Shown here piece by piece: positions 24,754-38,176 of a DNA stretch of 64,000 nt. Under the pieces are notes generated by a model that was given only the letters and a program-made list of their open reading frames with translations, did not search any database and was not told the DNA's origin. The stretch lies in NCBI GenBank assembly GCA_043228905.1, contig JBHGNT010000008.1:8494001-8558000 (forward strand), given 5' to 3'. Both the position numbers and the translations under genes were made by a program. This DNA is from Azolla caroliniana. Lineage: Eukaryota; Plantae; Polypodiophyta. Within the stretch, counting starts at the first letter, position 1. The number at the start of each line of letters is the position of its first letter.

Positions 24754-27431
24754 ACATGTTGACGGAGTTAACTGAAATCACATGGTCGTGAAGATAGCTC
24801 AACTCCACGACGTCCTCGATTTCGCCGATGGTGTTGTTAAATGAGGCTTCTTCCATAATATGACTCACGAACTCTTCTTCTTCTATTATGTTTTCTTCTT
24901 TCAGCATCTTCTCGAATTCTTGTATCCGACGCTTGTCCTTCTTGTCGGGTAGTAATAGTTTACATGTGCCACTAGGTGTGACACATGTTGCTTCTCCTCG
25001 CAATCCACGCGCTCTTCTTTCTTGTGGGGACTTGTGATCGCTCAGACTATTTGTGCCCCATGCTTCAATAGTCCGGTCTAAAAATCCGAGGATTCGCCTC
25101 CAAGACTATCTCGATTTCTTTCATGATTAGCTCGCACCGTTAGGAATTGAACAGATCTTTGGTTGTCAAGACTCTTTATTCGAGCAAATGTCGCACCATT
25201 GTCGAACACTTTGGTTTCCATCCGAGATGATGTGATATACGGTTGTCGTAGGATGACAAGATGCGACGTCGATTCTTGCATGAAGAAGTGTTGATCCATC
25301 TCCACATCCCCGATCGCGACTTTAACATTGGGACACGCTCCGTACAAGTCCTTGCCAGTCTTTGTTGCCGTGCGAATCTTCCATCCGTGATTTTTATTGA
25401 TTGGCCATCTTCCTTTTTTGTAGAAGTCGGTTGACATGAGGTTGATCTCCAAGCCATGGTCGATCAAGGCTACCCCGGTCTCTTTCTTCTCCCCGATCTT
25501 CACCGGCGTCTCCGTTGTCGCTCGTGCCCAATGAGGTCAAGTATAGTGGTTGTCCACCATTTCTTCATCGACTTCGTCTCTTGCCATCGTTATGGCATTT
25601 GCTTTCGCTTTTAGTGGCTTCTCTTCTTCTACGTCCTATTGTTGCCTTTTTCGCTTTACAAGGTTCACGATCGTATCGTGGAACTCCTTCTTCGTAATGC
25701 CGAGTAATTCCCTCAAGGACAAGGTCACGTGGCTGTCAAGAATGCGTTCCTCGAGAATCTTCTTTAGGTCTGTCTTCTACTCTATGTACGACCTTAGCTT
25801 ATAGGTAGGCATAGTCCTCGTCTTTCGAGCGGGGTCTTCGACACCAATCTTCATGGGCCGAACCGTTTCTTCGACTCATTTGCTCGACTCCGCTTTTCGG
25901 CTAGCGTCTCCTTCCTCCATTTGTAAAGATCGACTCATTTTTTCATCTTCTTTCTTTTTCGCATTCCTTGTTTCATGTCTTTTTGATGGGCCTTGCTCTT
26001 CTATTCTTTTTCTCTTTTCTTCACAGAACACCTCGTTGTTGTCGCACATCACTTCCGTGAGTATGGTGTTGTCATCCACCAGATCCGACCACCCGGTTAT
26101 GCTTTGCACACTTCGGTCCGCAAGCTCTACCTCGTTCGATGTGACCTTCCCCATCTTCTCATACTCGAGAACGGAAGACCAAAACTTTGCTCCCACTTTC
26201 ACAGCTTCATTTTTGTCTTTCCTGACTTTTATTCCGGCCGTTGCAGCATAGTGCATTGCATCCACATGAGTTGCCTCAGCATCTTCCATAGATTTCTTCA
26301 TTCCCCCTCTTCCGAAATTCACCCGTAGGGGTCTTTGAGTTTTAGTTGAGCAGATCATGTTGTCATCTATGTATACAATATTTTGTCGGATCGCCTCTCG
26401 AAGGCTCACGCAATCCCTTCTCATGTGGTCCATGCTATCGCACCACACGCATCTAAAGGGTTCTTTTCCTTTGGGGCCCCGACGATTCATGTTGGCTAGA
26501 GTGACCATCTCGAACTTCTTCGCTAGCTCTTCGATGATGTCGTCATCAATCTTCTTTCCTTCCGGGTTGCTTTATTTGGCCGGCTCAGCTACTTTCGGTT
26601 GTCTAGTTTTCTCCGCGATAATCGACCCATTGACACAGTCTACCACAAGCCCGTTCGCTTGGGTATTATCTTCGAGGAGAGTACCCAGTTCTCATCTATC
26701 CTTTATATCTACAGCCTTTAGGAAGTACAAAGTTTTGTCCTCCTCAAGTAGCACTTGGTCTGTGGTGGGGAGACGACGAAACATTTGGTCGAATTTGTCG
26801 TACACCCTCGAGGCGCTCATCTTCTTATTCTTCTTTTCTATCCACTTCATCAAGCCAAGTCAAGTCATCCTTGACAAATCTTCGAGGAGAGTACCCAGTT
26901 CTCGTCTTTCCTCTATATCCACAGCCTTTAGGAAGTACAAAGTTTTGTCCTCCTCAAGTAGCGCACTTGGTCTGTGGCGGGGAGATGACGAAACATTTGG
27001 TCGAATTTGTCGTACACCCTCGAGGCGCTCATCTTGTTATTCTTCTTCTCTATCCACTTCATCAAGCCATGTCGAGTCATCCTTGATAAATCTTCTATCG
27101 CAAACTCCGCTAATATCTCTTTCTCGAACTCCGACAACGTTTTCTTCCCTTTTTGAAGCTCGATGACACGCCTTTGGATGTTGTTGGCGACCACTCTCTC
27201 GAAACTTGTGAGTTGCCGCGCTTCAGACACGTCCCTTTCATTCATCTCCCTTTTATATGCATCAAGGAACTTTATAATGTTCCTTCTGTCAAATTGACCC
27301 TCGAGCTCTACGACACAGTCGACGGCCTTCTCCACGCTCGCATCGTTGTCTCGAGATCTCATCATTTGTTCGACGATCAACATCATCATTTCGAAGTCTC
27401 CCGCTTGATTGCTTGAGGATGCCATCTCCAA
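24754..27431 (-). pseudogene. gag-protease and start of pol of C
   Basis: CVWCDSMDHMRRDC knuckle, ALIDHGLEIN protease ending ...SSDF*; about 211-bp tandem duplication at 26668-27090. Confidence 0.85.
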
Positions 27432-27466
27432 GTATTGGTCTCGACTTGATCCTTCCTACCGCCTCT

Positions 27467-27484
27467 TTCACGTTGGGTTCACCA
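27467..27484 (-). promoter_or_regulatory. PBS of C, tRNA-Trp
   Basis: TGGTGAACCCAACGTGAA on the minus strand, 8 nt from the LTR. Confidence 0.9.
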
Positions 27485-27492
27485 CTTAATTA

Positions 27493-28675
27493 TGTCGTGA
27501 AGATTCGTCACTGCATGCGGATCGCGAGGCGGAACCAGTGGGGTTCTGGACTGGAAGGATTCAAAGTTGTACTAGCTTTAGCGAGAAAGGAATTAAGATA
27601 GATTGGAAGAGAGAGAGATTGAGATAAGATAGAACGCTTGATTTTAGATTGAGAGAGCTTAAGATTGGACCCTTGACTTTAGGTTTAAGAAACAAGATAC
27701 ACCATCAAGTGGAGAACAAATTTTCTTCTTCTTAAATTCTTGAATCATACCTAGCCTCCTTTTGATCTTTTTCATCCATCCTTTTATAGATGCTCCCATG
27801 CATATGATGCATGTGAGGGTACAAGATATGCATACAATGCATGGAATTCATGTGATGCATGTTTATCATTTGTCGCTCGTGCATCACATGTCACTCAATC
27901 AAGCTCTAATATGAGAATTTATATGTAAAAGTATAATGATAAGGAAAACATTTCTAAGGAAATGTCATAGCTTAATGGTAAGTCTATAGACTCTCAACGT
28001 AGAGGTGAAAGGATCAAGTGTTCACTTGCACTCCTTTTGAATATATATATATATATATGTGTTTTTTTAATTAATGTATTTTTACAAGGCTTTTGTCCGT
28101 TAGTCGCGGTCGCCGAATGATGCTGGATCCCGGTCGTCGGATGCCGATCTCGCCATCACCGAATGATGCAGCCAGTCGTCGGATCGATCGCCATCACCGG
28201 ATGATGCAGCCAGTCGTCGGATCCATCGCCGGATGACCGATGCCGCCGGTTACCGTCAGTCGCCATCGCCGGATTCGTCCAAAACATATAGTTATATGCA
28301 TTTGGTTACATCCATTCGTTAAGTCATACAACTTAACCTTTCTATGCTCCACACATAGACACAAAGATAATAGCTTTTTGCTCTGCCTTATATATGGTGG
28401 GATCTTTATTTGTGCTATCTATGTGGGATATCACATATTTTTCTCTTCTTCTTTGGAAACTTCATACCCACATAACTTGATACTTAGATGTTTATTTCCT
28501 ACGTAGTAAAGTACATTCAGAATCTCTTCAAGACCTCCATCTTTTTGTATCAACATATTAAACTTATTTAAAATAGTATCTTTACTATTATTGTTTTATA
28601 TTTTGTGAGAAGAACCACACTCGATTTCGTATGTTTCTTACAAGTTTCACATTTTCGCCGAAAATCTTCACAACA
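27493..28675 (-). repeat. 5' LTR of C
   Basis: Pairs with 16959-18079; has extra copies of a GC-rich internal repeat at 28100-28270. Confidence 0.95.
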
Positions 28676-28679
28676 GCGT

Positions 28680-30468
28680 ACTGGATGTTGTTGCAGGGCA
28701 TGACATGTACAACTTTCTAGATGGCTTCAGTGGGTACAATCAACTACACATGCACCCCGAAGAACAAGAGAAGACGACGTTTGTCACGGACTAGGGAGTT
28801 TATGTATCGATTGTAATGATGTTCGGGCTAAAGACCACATTTCCGCGGACAATCACGGAGATTTTTGGGGAATATATACCCATCTTCATGTAGGTCTTTT
28901 AAGACGATTTTGCGATATATGGGACAACAGCAGAATAATTTACGCATCTACAGCTTTGCTTGGAGTGTTGCCAAACTTCACGCTTAAGCCTAAATCCCGC
29001 CAAATGTGCCTTCATCGTCACCAGTGGAGCCCTCCTCGGCAACCTAGTCAGTAAGGAGGGGATAACGGTCGATCCAAACAAAATCTCCACGATTACTCAC
29101 GCAAAGACACCGACAAATGCCAAAGCACTCAACCGGTTTCTGGGACAAATACGATGGCACAATTGGATGATACGCTATTTGGCAGATTTCACCACACCAT
29201 TACATGCCGTCGTCCACCGTACTCCTTTCAAATGGACAACAACGGAAGGAAAGGTGTATGATGCGCTAAAAATAATGCTAACGCAGGCTCTGGTCGTACA
29301 GCCACTAGATTGGGCGAAACCATTTCACGTGTATGTGGATGCCTTGGATATAGCAATAGGTAGTGCGTTGATGCAAATCACGGAGCCAAATTAGTAATGA
29401 CTAGTGTACTATGCCAGTTGGAAACTCTCAACGGCTGAGCGTAACTATTCCACAACGGAACATGAAGCGTTGGGTATGATATACAACATCAATAAATTCC
29501 GGCATTATCTACTAAAGTGAAAATTCACGTTTCACGTGGATCATACGACATTGCTATATTTGGTGGGGAAGCAGGCCCTGATAGGAAAATTGGCTAGATG
29601 GATGTTGTTGCTCCAAGAATTCAACTTTGTAATTTAGCACTGACCGAGTACGCAACACGCGGTGGCAGATTTCTTGAACAGATTGGACAATGGAGAAATG
29701 GCGCAAAAAGATGACGACGACTTTCCGGATGCAGACATTCAACGTATAGCAACTTTAATAGCAAGAATAGAAAAGACTTTTCCGGATAAGTCGTTGACGG
29801 AAATGACCTACTTTCTGACCACGGGGTTACCGCCACCACAACTAAGGACGGACGAGAAAAAACGGTTGGCCGTCCGGAGTCGTAATTTCTGTTTAGTCAA
29901 AGAAGTCGTATATCACAAAGGCAGTGACAACATCTGGAGCCGCGGAATACGGCAGGATAAGAAGGCAGTGGTTTTACGCAAAGGTCACTGTGGTACGGCG
30001 GGAGGACATTACGCGGGCGATGTTACGGCCCGGAAAATCTAGCAAGCAGGACTCTGGTGGCTAACTACGCAACAGGATGTGTATGAATATTGCAAACAAT
30101 GCGATTTATGTCAATGGATGAACCAGCCCACGGAACTCGCGAGAATGCCACATCAACAGGTGTTGTCGTTGGATCCTTTCCAAAAGTGGGGGCTCGATTT
30201 TGTGGGGCCCTTTACACCGGTGGTTGCCCGAACCGGCAATAAGTATATCCTGGTGGCTATGGATTACTACACCATGTGGGTAGAAGCGAAAGAACTACAA
30301 GAAAATACCGCGGCAGTCACGACGAAATTTCTTTACGAACAGATCTGGTGTCGTTTTGGTTGCCCTATTGAGCTCATCATTGACCAAGGGAGTCACTTTC
30401 TGAATATGGTCATCAACGAACTAACCCAACACTATGTCGTGGTCCACAAAAAGAGTACGCCATATTAA
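28680..30468 (+). pseudogene. RT-RNase H-integrase of D, integrase truncated
   Basis: FLDGFSGYNQ, VYVDALDIAIG, GGHYAG, WGLDFVGPF, DQGSHF. Confidence 0.9.
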
Positions 30469-31195
30469 ATACGGGTACGTAAACAACCATGGTGTCAACA
30501 CACAAGTTGTATTTCGAGTGGAAGCCGAATTTAAGGCACCTTAGGGTATTCGGCAACATTGCCTATGTGCATGTGCCGGATGGGAGGCGGAGAAAGTTGG
30601 ACCCAAAGTTGGAGAAGTGCATCCTAGTCAACTACTCTCATGAGCAAAAGAGGTATACATGCTACAACCCCTGGACAAAGACAGTCCAACTAAGCTGAGA
30701 TGTCAAATTTGACGAATCAGCATCATGGTACCTCTACCGACTCCGACCCCCGACTCCAACCCGATTCCAAAAGATGAGGCTAATGAGCCCAAAACGACCC
30801 GGCCAGAAGATGAAGAAGGATTCGGTACTCTAGACGAGAGTCCGATCTCTTCCCAGTTGAGCGGGCCGAATGAAGAGCTGAGCAAGAAAGACCAGCAGAA
30901 CAATGAGCCGGGGAGTAGTGGAGACTCGATCGTGCTCTCCCCGTGCAAGGAATCGTGGAGACGGTTCATGCACCAAGAGAAGGGGAAGAAGAAGATGCTA
31001 GAATAGGACACCAATAGGGAGGGTTCGGATCAGAGTGAATCTAACTCCGGCAAGAATGAGGATGGACCTTCGGAGACTAAGTCCGAATCGGCCAAGAGAA
31101 CCGTTAAATCGGATAACGAGAGGTTACGCCAATCGACCCGCCAGAAGAAACCCGTGAAGCGGTATGGGGATAATGAGTACATGACGCATCACTAT

Positions 31196-31650
31196 TATTA
31201 TAGATCTAGGTACTAAAGTAAGCTTAAGATAAGGATAAAGAAATGAATGATAGAAAGGAGAAAGAGAAAGAAGGGTGCCGATCCACCCGACCACCCCCGA
31301 GCGAAGGGATCGAGACGGACTCGAGCCTCGATCGGCGTCCCATACCACCGCCGTGGCGTTGAGTCGTACCTGGTGCTGGCGCGCTCGCTACAAGAGTTGA
31401 CCCACCACACGAGCAGAGCCTCGATGTAGTCAAAAGATGATCAAATGAGGGTAGCTAGGCCTCTTATTTATAGCGATACCCAAGGCCCCCAGGCAAGTTC
31501 ACACTTGACCTAATGGGTTGTCTCAATCCCGAGGATTAAAAGTAATCCTCCCCTTCTTTACACTCTCGTTTAACCCTCACACTTATCCACGTGTATAGAA
31601 TACTACGGTAAATTCTTACCACGGGATATTATATGGTCATGCCCGTAACA
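31196..31650 (-). repeat. 3' LTR of F
   Basis: Near-identical to 37759-38176 apart from a 37-bp indel. Confidence 0.95.
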
Positions 31651-34600
31651 TACTCCCCCTCTTTAAAACATTGCACTCTTGCAATGGAAAGTTAGGGAAG
31701 TTAGTTCTAAGAGTATTTTCGCGTTCCCATGTGGCATCTTTTATTGATTTATCCATCCATTTTATTTTAAATTCTCGGATTTCTTTAGTACGTAATTTTT
31801 TTGTTTTAACATCGAGAATTCTTTCTGGTACATGTGGTTTAGAAGATAATTCTTCAGAAGTAACCAGAGTTTCAGTCGTAACTGTATTGTCGCCAGAACC
31901 TAGAAGTTCTTTTAGACGACTCACATGAAAGAATGGATGAATACCGACACCATCGGGAAGAGCGAGACGATAGGCTGATGACCCAATGCGTTTGAGGACT
32001 GTAAAAGGTCCACAAAACCGTGGGGCTAACTTAGCGCACTTACCCGTAGACAATGTCTTAGAATTGTGTGGTACACGTAAAAATACCTTCTGTCCAAGGT
32101 TGAATACACGAGGTTGCCTATGATGATCGGCATAAAAACGCGCTCTATCTTGAGCTGTTTTTATATTATCTCGTGCAATATGCAACATATCTTGCATATC
32201 CCGAAGAAAGTTTTGCGTACTTCGCAACTCATCATGATGTATATTAACATCAATCGGGGCTCGTGGCTGAAAACCATACATCAACATAAAAGGACTATAT
32301 CCCGTCGACGTATGCTTGGAGCTGTTATAAGTAAACTCCAAAATTGGGAGATAACGTTCCCATTTTGTTGGTTTTGCACCAATGTATGCTCGAAGCACGT
32401 CCTCAATAATTTGATTTACTCGTTCTGTCTGTCCATCGGATTGAGGATGATCCGTGGAGCTCATGCTCAACGTAGTTTCTAACTTCTTAAAGACTTGTGT
32501 CCAGAAGTCACTAGCAAACTTTGGATCTCGATCACTCACGATATCCATCGGTAACCCATAAAAACGAAACAATTCTTCAACGAATTGGTAAGCCAATTCA
32601 AGAGCTGTTACCGTGGTTTTAGTAGCAATAAATCTGGCCATTTTAGTTAGTCGATCAATGACAACCCAGATGGCATCATGACCTTTTTGGGTGCGAGGAA
32701 GGCTAACAGTAAAATCCATGGATATACTTTCCCACTTATTATTGGGAATGTCCAAGGGATGTAAAAGTCCTGCGGCTTTAAGTCGCTCGGCTTTGTTAAC
32801 CTGACACTGGTGACATTTAGTCACATAGCTATGTATGTCAGGACGCATCTTAGGCCAATAAAATTGAGTGGAGATGAGAACGAGTGTACGATGTATTCCA
32901 GGGTGCCCTGCTGAGGGTGCATCATGGCATTCAAAAAGAATCCTCTTTTTGACCTCGGGTAAATCTGGAACACAAACGTTCCCATTACGGTAGAGCAAAC
33001 CGTTAGCAATGTGGAAGTATTCCTTCGAGGATGTGGTGGTGTCTGTTCCAGACTCAACTCTTGCCCAGTATTTTGCAAAATAACTGTCAGCAGGATACTT
33101 TCCTCGAAGGTGATCATAAAGATCTGATGATATTGCAGTGAAGCTAAGCATGTTAACTTCACGGATGCGACTTAGTGCATCAGCGACAGTGTTCATGGAA
33201 CCTTTACGATATCGTATGGAAAAATCAAAGTCCTGGATGAGATCAGCCCATCGTGCCTTACGACCTTTCAGGTCTTGTTGGTCACAAAAATATTTCAAGG
33301 ACTCGTGGTCCGTAGTTACCACAAAGTGATTTCCATAAAGATAATGGCGCCATGTTTTGAGCGCATGTATAACTGCAAATAATTCCTTTTCTTGAACAGT
33401 ATACCGACATTGAGCAAAATCAAGTTTCTTACTCTCGAATGCTATTGGTTTACCATCTTCATATAAGACAACACCTATAGCATAATCGCTTGCATCGGTT
33501 TCAACCTCAAAAGGTTTTGAAGGATTAGGTAAAAGAAGTGAAGGAGCCTTGCAAACCAGGTCCTTGAGTTCCTTGAAGGCAAGGTCTAGTGTAGCATTCC
33601 ACACAATAGGTTTTGTAGACTTACGCGTTTGACCTTTTAAAAGATCAGTAAACGGCGTCGTCAATTGGGAGTAATTACGAAAAGACTTTCGCAAAAACCC
33701 CACAAAACCAAGGAATGATCGAACTTCTCGAATATTCCGAAGAGTGAGCCAAAGCTTGATTTTCTCAATGCGAGAAGGATCAATTTCAACTCCTCGTTCG
33801 GTTATGAGATGTCCTACATAAGTAATTGATTTCTTGAAGAACTCACATTTTGAGATCTTCGCATAAAACTGTTTGTCACGCAATGTTTGTAAAACAAAGC
33901 GGACATGTCTAGCATGTTCTTGTAATGTACAGCTATAAACTAAAATATCATCCAAGAAAATAACGACAAATTTTCCAAGTTGTTCTCGGAAAATGTCATT
34001 CATTTCTTGTTGAAAAGTAGCTGGAGCATTGGTCAAACCAAAAGGCATAACCAAAAACTCGTAATGGCCATAGCGCGTACGAAATGCCGTTTTAGGAACA
34101 TCGTCCTCACTTATTCGTATTTGATGGTAGCCAGTACGGAGATCAAGTTTCGTAAAATACCGAGCTCCCTGGAGACGGTCAATTAGATCGTCAGCCCGGG
34201 GCAATGGATACGAATTCTTGATCGTCACTTTATTCAAGCGTCGGTAATAAATACACATACGCCATGTGCCCTCTTTCTTTTTAACCAAGAGAACTGGTGC
34301 ACCCCATGGAGATTTACTATAACGTATATAACCCATTCGTAAATAGTCCTTGAGTTGCTTAGATACCTCATCTTCTTCGGATCGACTTAAGCGATACGGA
34401 GGTATACTTATTGGTGCAACACCAGGTACAATATCTATACGATGGTCTATATTACGTTTAGGAGGTAACCCATCAGGTAGTTCACTTGGAAAAACATCAT
34501 GAAAATCATTTAAGATTTTATCAAGTTGTTGTTGTTCAAAATATGTTAATTGAATCGGGACATTATCGATATTGTAAACGTGAATGTCCGGATCAAGTAC

Positions 34601-35941
34601 ACAATAAAATAACGTAGAACAAGACAACTCGGATATTGATGGACACGAGGAAACAATCGAGAGGGATTGTTTTTTTACACATTGAATAAAATGCGTACAA
34701 TCGTTAAGTACAAAAGAAATGGAATGACGAACCCAATCAATAAATAAAGAAGAGTTTTTATTATAAAACCAGGGATAACCCAGTATTACATCGGTGGTAC
34801 AAAGATTCATTACATGGAAGTCTACTTCCTCTATATAAGTATCAATAGAAATTCCTAATGAATGAATCGCCCCGTTGATGTATTGTACTCTTCCATCAGC
34901 CAAGTGCACCGTGTAGGTGTGATCACTTACGGTGGGTTGGATTCCCCATATCTGAACCAAACGATCATTCACAAAATTGTGTGAGCTTCCCGAATCAAAT
35001 AAAAATTGTACGGGAGATCCATTGATATACCCGTTTGCACGTAGTAAATCATTGGGACCCAATACATAGTGAGGGAAAGAACATTGACAATTACTTAAAT
35101 GATGTATATAGACCTGAAGGACATTAGGAATCTGACCTTTATGGTCTGCAGCTTTAGCTTTGTTGTCGTGCTCTTTCCGTTGGAGCTTTCGAAATTGATC
35201 TTTTGTATGACCCTTCTTTTGGTAGAATACACAAAAAGGATGTTGTCGCTTACAATCGCGATCCAGGAATTCGTTGGGTGTCTTGCGTTTCCCAACAAAT
35301 TGCGACTGCTTAGTCCCGGGCGCTTCATTGGGTTTGTTATGGTCCTTCTTCGAAGTGCGTTGATAGCGAAGAACTATTTCAACGGCCTCTTCGAAGGATT
35401 TTGGATCCTTATCGTGCACTATCCAGTGATAGTCCGAATTGGGGATGCCATTGACAAAACAAGCTATCAACCAATTGTCCCCTTCTAGACCCGATTTTTG
35501 GATTTGGGTTCTAGCATGGTGAACATAGTCTTCTAGCGAGGAAAATTTCCTGCTAGAGAGGTTCATTAAAGCTTGTGCTGCCTCGGTTCGAGAGGGAGGT
35601 TGCAGAAATTGGCCCTTAAAAACCGTGACAAAATCTGTCCAGGTATCGGGCAATTTCCCCATAGTACGGAGGCCACGCCACCAGGCGGCGGCCTTACCCC
35701 CGAGTTCTCGGCCGACATATGCAATCTTCGTACTATCTGGCGTGGGATAGAGCTCAAAATGAGACTCCCATCGTCCCAGCCATGTGCAGATTGCTTCTTC
35801 GGTTCTTTCCTTTTTGTCTCCCGCAAATGGCTTAACGACAAATGATGATTCACCTTCTCGCTCATCAGGTCTATTAGTCTCACGTTGTAGACTAATGACA
35901 CGTGCCTCAAGAGCACTCTGAGATTGCCGAAGTTCGGTCAT
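31637..35941 (-). CDS. Gag-Pol polyprotein (gag, PR, RT, RNase H, integrase, chromodomain), 1434 aa; probable true start at 36070 behind one TAG
   Basis: [46 protein letters not shown]...KIKW...ATWE motifs in one open frame. Confidence 0.95.
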   Translation of the reverse strand: MTELRQSQSALEARVISLQRETNRPDEREGESSFVVKPFAGDKKERTEEAICTWLGRWESHFELYPTPDSTKIAYVGRELGGKAAAWWRGLRTMGKLPDTWTDFVTVFKGQFLQPPSRTEAAQALMNLSSRKFSSLEDYVHHARTQIQKSGLEGDNWLIACFVNGIPNSDYHWIVHDKDPKSFEEAVEIVLRYQRTSKKDHNKPNEAPGTKQSQFVGKRKTPNEFLDRDCKRQHPFCVFYQKKGHTKDQFRKLQRKEHDNKAKAADHKGQIPNVLQVYIHHLSNCQCSFPHYVLGPNDLLRANGYINGSPVQFLFDSGSSHNFVNDRLVQIWGIQPTVSDHTYTVHLADGRVQYINGAIHSLGISIDTYIEEVDFHVMNLCTTDVILGYPWFYNKNSSLFIDWVRHSISFVLNDCTHFIQCVKKQSLSIVSSCPSISELSCSTLFYCVLDPDIHVYNIDNVPIQLTYFEQQQLDKILNDFHDVFPSELPDGLPPKRNIDHRIDIVPGVAPISIPPYRLSRSEEDEVSKQLKDYLRMGYIRYSKSPWGAPVLLVKKKEGTWRMCIYYRRLNKVTIKNSYPLPRADDLIDRLQGARYFTKLDLRTGYHQIRISEDDVPKTAFRTRYGHYEFLVMPFGLTNAPATFQQEMNDIFREQLGKFVVIFLDDILVYSCTLQEHARHVRFVLQTLRDKQFYAKISKCEFFKKSITYVGHLITERGVEIDPSRIEKIKLWLTLRNIREVRSFLGFVGFLRKSFRNYSQLTTPFTDLLKGQTRKSTKPIVWNATLDLAFKELKDLVCKAPSLLLPNPSKPFEVETDASDYAIGVVLYEDGKPIAFESKKLDFAQCRYTVQEKELFAVIHALKTWRHYLYGNHFVVTTDHESLKYFCDQQDLKGRKARWADLIQDFDFSIRYRKGSMNTVADALSRIREVNMLSFTAISSDLYDHLRGKYPADSYFAKYWARVESGTDTTTSSKEYFHIANGLLYRNGNVCVPDLPEVKKRILFECHDAPSAGHPGIHRTLVLISTQFYWPKMRPDIHSYVTKCHQCQVNKAERLKAAGLLHPLDIPNNKWESISMDFTVSLPRTQKGHDAIWVVIDRLTKMARFIATKTTVTALELAYQFVEELFRFYGLPMDIVSDRDPKFASDFWTQVFKKLETTLSMSSTDHPQSDGQTERVNQIIEDVLRAYIGAKPTKWERYLPILEFTYNSSKHTSTGYSPFMLMYGFQPRAPIDVNIHHDELRSTQNFLRDMQDMLHIARDNIKTAQDRARFYADHHRQPRVFNLGQKVFLRVPHNSKTLSTGKCAKLAPRFCGPFTVLKRIGSSAYRLALPDGVGIHPFFHVSRLKELLGSGDNTVTTETLVTSEELSSKPHVPERILDVKTKKLRTKEIREFKIKWMDKSIKDATWERENTLRTNFPNFPLQECNVLKRGSMLRA

Positions 35942-37249
35942 CTATTGAGCGGTGAAACTAAGGTATTGGGTTATTTGTGCCAAATACATCTCAGTGGACA
36001 TTTGTCCAGGAGGATTCCCTTGAGTTCCTTCCGCTTGAGCGGATGACATCGGGTCGTTAATTTGAGCCATTAAAGATTATTTCTGGAAAAGAAATAGGAT
36101 AAGGTCAGAGATATAGTCATAACATCATGTCGTGATGTAAACATATCATGGGCGAGCATTAATCGATATCATTATCTCACGTCAATACCCCTCTAGACGT
36201 ATGAGATGAGGTTCAAGATCAGGTTACTATGCTAACACAAAGGTGTTTTAAAAACCATGGGGGTGACAAATAAATGTCTTTCCCTGATCTCTATATCGAT
36301 TTTTTCATGGTGGCTCCCCGAGGCTCAACCATGTATGTTCGCGTCATGAATAGTTTATACACGAAAAAAATGTTAATAATAAACTATGTTTCGGTGCCCA
36401 CATATGTGGTTTCGGCTCTTTAAGTCCTATTACGAGGACCCCGAGGTGCACTTAGACCTTAAGTCTAAACATGTGTTATAGTCATATGTATCAAGGATAT
36501 TGTATGGTCTTAGTCATATTTGAACTCGAGACCTCGAGAACAAATACATTAAACACTTGAGCCAACCAAGTAAGTTGCTCTTCTCGAATGCTTAATGTTT
36601 GATGCGTATAAGAGATATGCGAGGCAATTGATCATATATGTTTTTTTAAAAGAACATATATGTCAAGGGTCCTTATTTCGCCCTCATTTACCAAAACTAT
36701 GTTGGTACGTTACCTAACCTCAAGTCTCGTAATTACGATGGCATACGCCAAAGTGCAACCTAATGGTCAAGCCAAATGAGCCCTCGTTTCGTAGTAGGCT
36801 CACGTGGGCCATCACATGGTCACGTCATTACGAATGCCTCTCGTAAGAACGAGCTCATGGTGGCATCGTATCCATGTAACGAGGGAGGGATGTTGGATAC
36901 GTGCGTCATTGGAGCGACCTCACTTGAAGTGGGTCAAGCCCTACGTACTCAACATCATTTTGGCTATTGGCGTTTCTTTACGTAACGAAATCGAGGTCGT
37001 CAACGGGGTTATCAACAATAAAAAAATGTTGAAAAAGGGATGGTGACAACGCCATTCTCACAAAAATGTGAGGACGGCCACCAACATCCTTTTCCCGACC
37101 ATGACAACTTTCGATATAATCACGTAATAACGAATATACACATATGTTTACTTATCACATATATACGATCAAATACGTATATATGTGACCACATATGCCT
37201 ATATTAAACATATCCTTATATTAAATAGCCACAAATGATGTGATCGAGA

Positions 37250-37512
37250 TACGTAATCGAGGTATATACCTCTACGCACACGAAACATCCACAAATAAGA
37301 GATCATCGTAATACGCAATGGAGGTATTGACCTCTTACGCATACGAGACCAAACGCATATCGTTTACAACAAATCAAGGTATTAAACTCATACGCAAACG
37401 TAACATATGTTCGTGAACGTAATACGTAATTGAGGTATTAACCTCGTACGCATACGACACTCATCACATATTATTAATATGTCAAACGAGGTATTGACCT
37501 CGTGCACATATG
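37250..37512. repeat. Five spaced units with a GAGGT-N4-ACCTC hairpin core in the leader of F
   Basis: Cores at 37259, 37321, 37376, 37432, 37488. Confidence 0.8.
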
Positions 37513-37758
37513 TAAACGTTTTAGATAATCAATTAAAGACCACTACAACATCATTGACTTAATGAAAAAAATTACATATAAACTAAACACATGATTAGAT
37601 GGGAGAAGAGAGAATAGAAAGAAAAATTATGGAAAGAGTTACCGAAGTTCTTTGTTGATCGTTGTCTGGATCAAGGCCAACCGCACAACGATCGATCAGC
37701 ATCAATCAAAAGACAAATGAAAAACAAAGAAACATTAGTACAAAAATCTGATACCAAA

Positions 37759-38176
37759 TATTATAGATCTAGGTACTAAAGTAAGCTTAAGATAAGGATA
37801 AAGAAATGAAAGATAGAAAGGAGAAAGAGAAAGAAGGGTGCCGATCCACCCGACCACCCTCGAGCGAAGGGATCGAGACGGACTCGAGCCTCGATCGGCG
37901 TCCCATACCACCGCCGTGGCGTCGAGTCGTACCTGGTGCTGGCGCGCTCGCTACAAGAGTTGACCCACCACACGAGCAGAGTCTCGATGTAGTCAAAAGA
38001 TGATCAAATGAGGGTAGCTAGGCCTCTTATTTATAGCGATACCCAAGGCCCCCAGGCAAGTTCACACTTGACCTAATGGGTTGTCTCACTCTCGTTTAAC
38101 CCTCACACTTATCCACGTGTATAGAATACTACGGTAAATTCTTACCACGGGATATTATATGGTCATGCCCGTAACA
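37759..38176 (-). repeat. 5' LTR of F
   Basis: TGTTACGGG...CTATAATA on the minus strand, followed by the PBS at 37747-37756. Confidence 0.95.

Larger units (their letters stand above)
16959..28675 (-). mobile_element. Element C: full-length tRNA-Trp-primed Ty3/Gypsy element interrupted by B
   Basis: LTRs 16959-18079 and 27493-28675, PBS 27467-27484, PPT about 18080-18092, gag-PR-RT-RH-INT on the minus strand, homologous to A. Confidence 0.95.
6597..30468 (+). mobile_element. Element D: decayed Athila/Tat-like Ty3/Gypsy element hosting nested insertions A, a Copia solo LTR and C(B); 3' end deleted
   Basis: 5' LTR, PBS, gag-PR (7330-9307), RT start (16592-16958) and RT-RH-INT (28680-30468) rejoin in frame when the insertions are removed (e.g. 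FTDNV|LDVVAG). Confidence 0.85.
31196..38176 (-). mobile_element. Element F: nearly intact chromovirus (Ty3/Gypsy)
   Basis: Perfect 5-bp TSD ACTAT, LTRs 31196-31650 and 37759-38176, PBS TGGTATCAGA (tRNA-iMet), PPT AGAGGGGGAG. Confidence 0.97.

Noticed and set aside
36699-37046. Antisense accessory ORF in the F leader
   Set aside because: Only 80 codons open, three stops immediately upstream and no recognisable homology
37250-37512. CRISPR-like repeat/spacer array
   Set aside because: Repeats are degenerate, spacers partly resemble each other, there are no cas genes, and the array lies inside a eukaryotic retrotransposon leader
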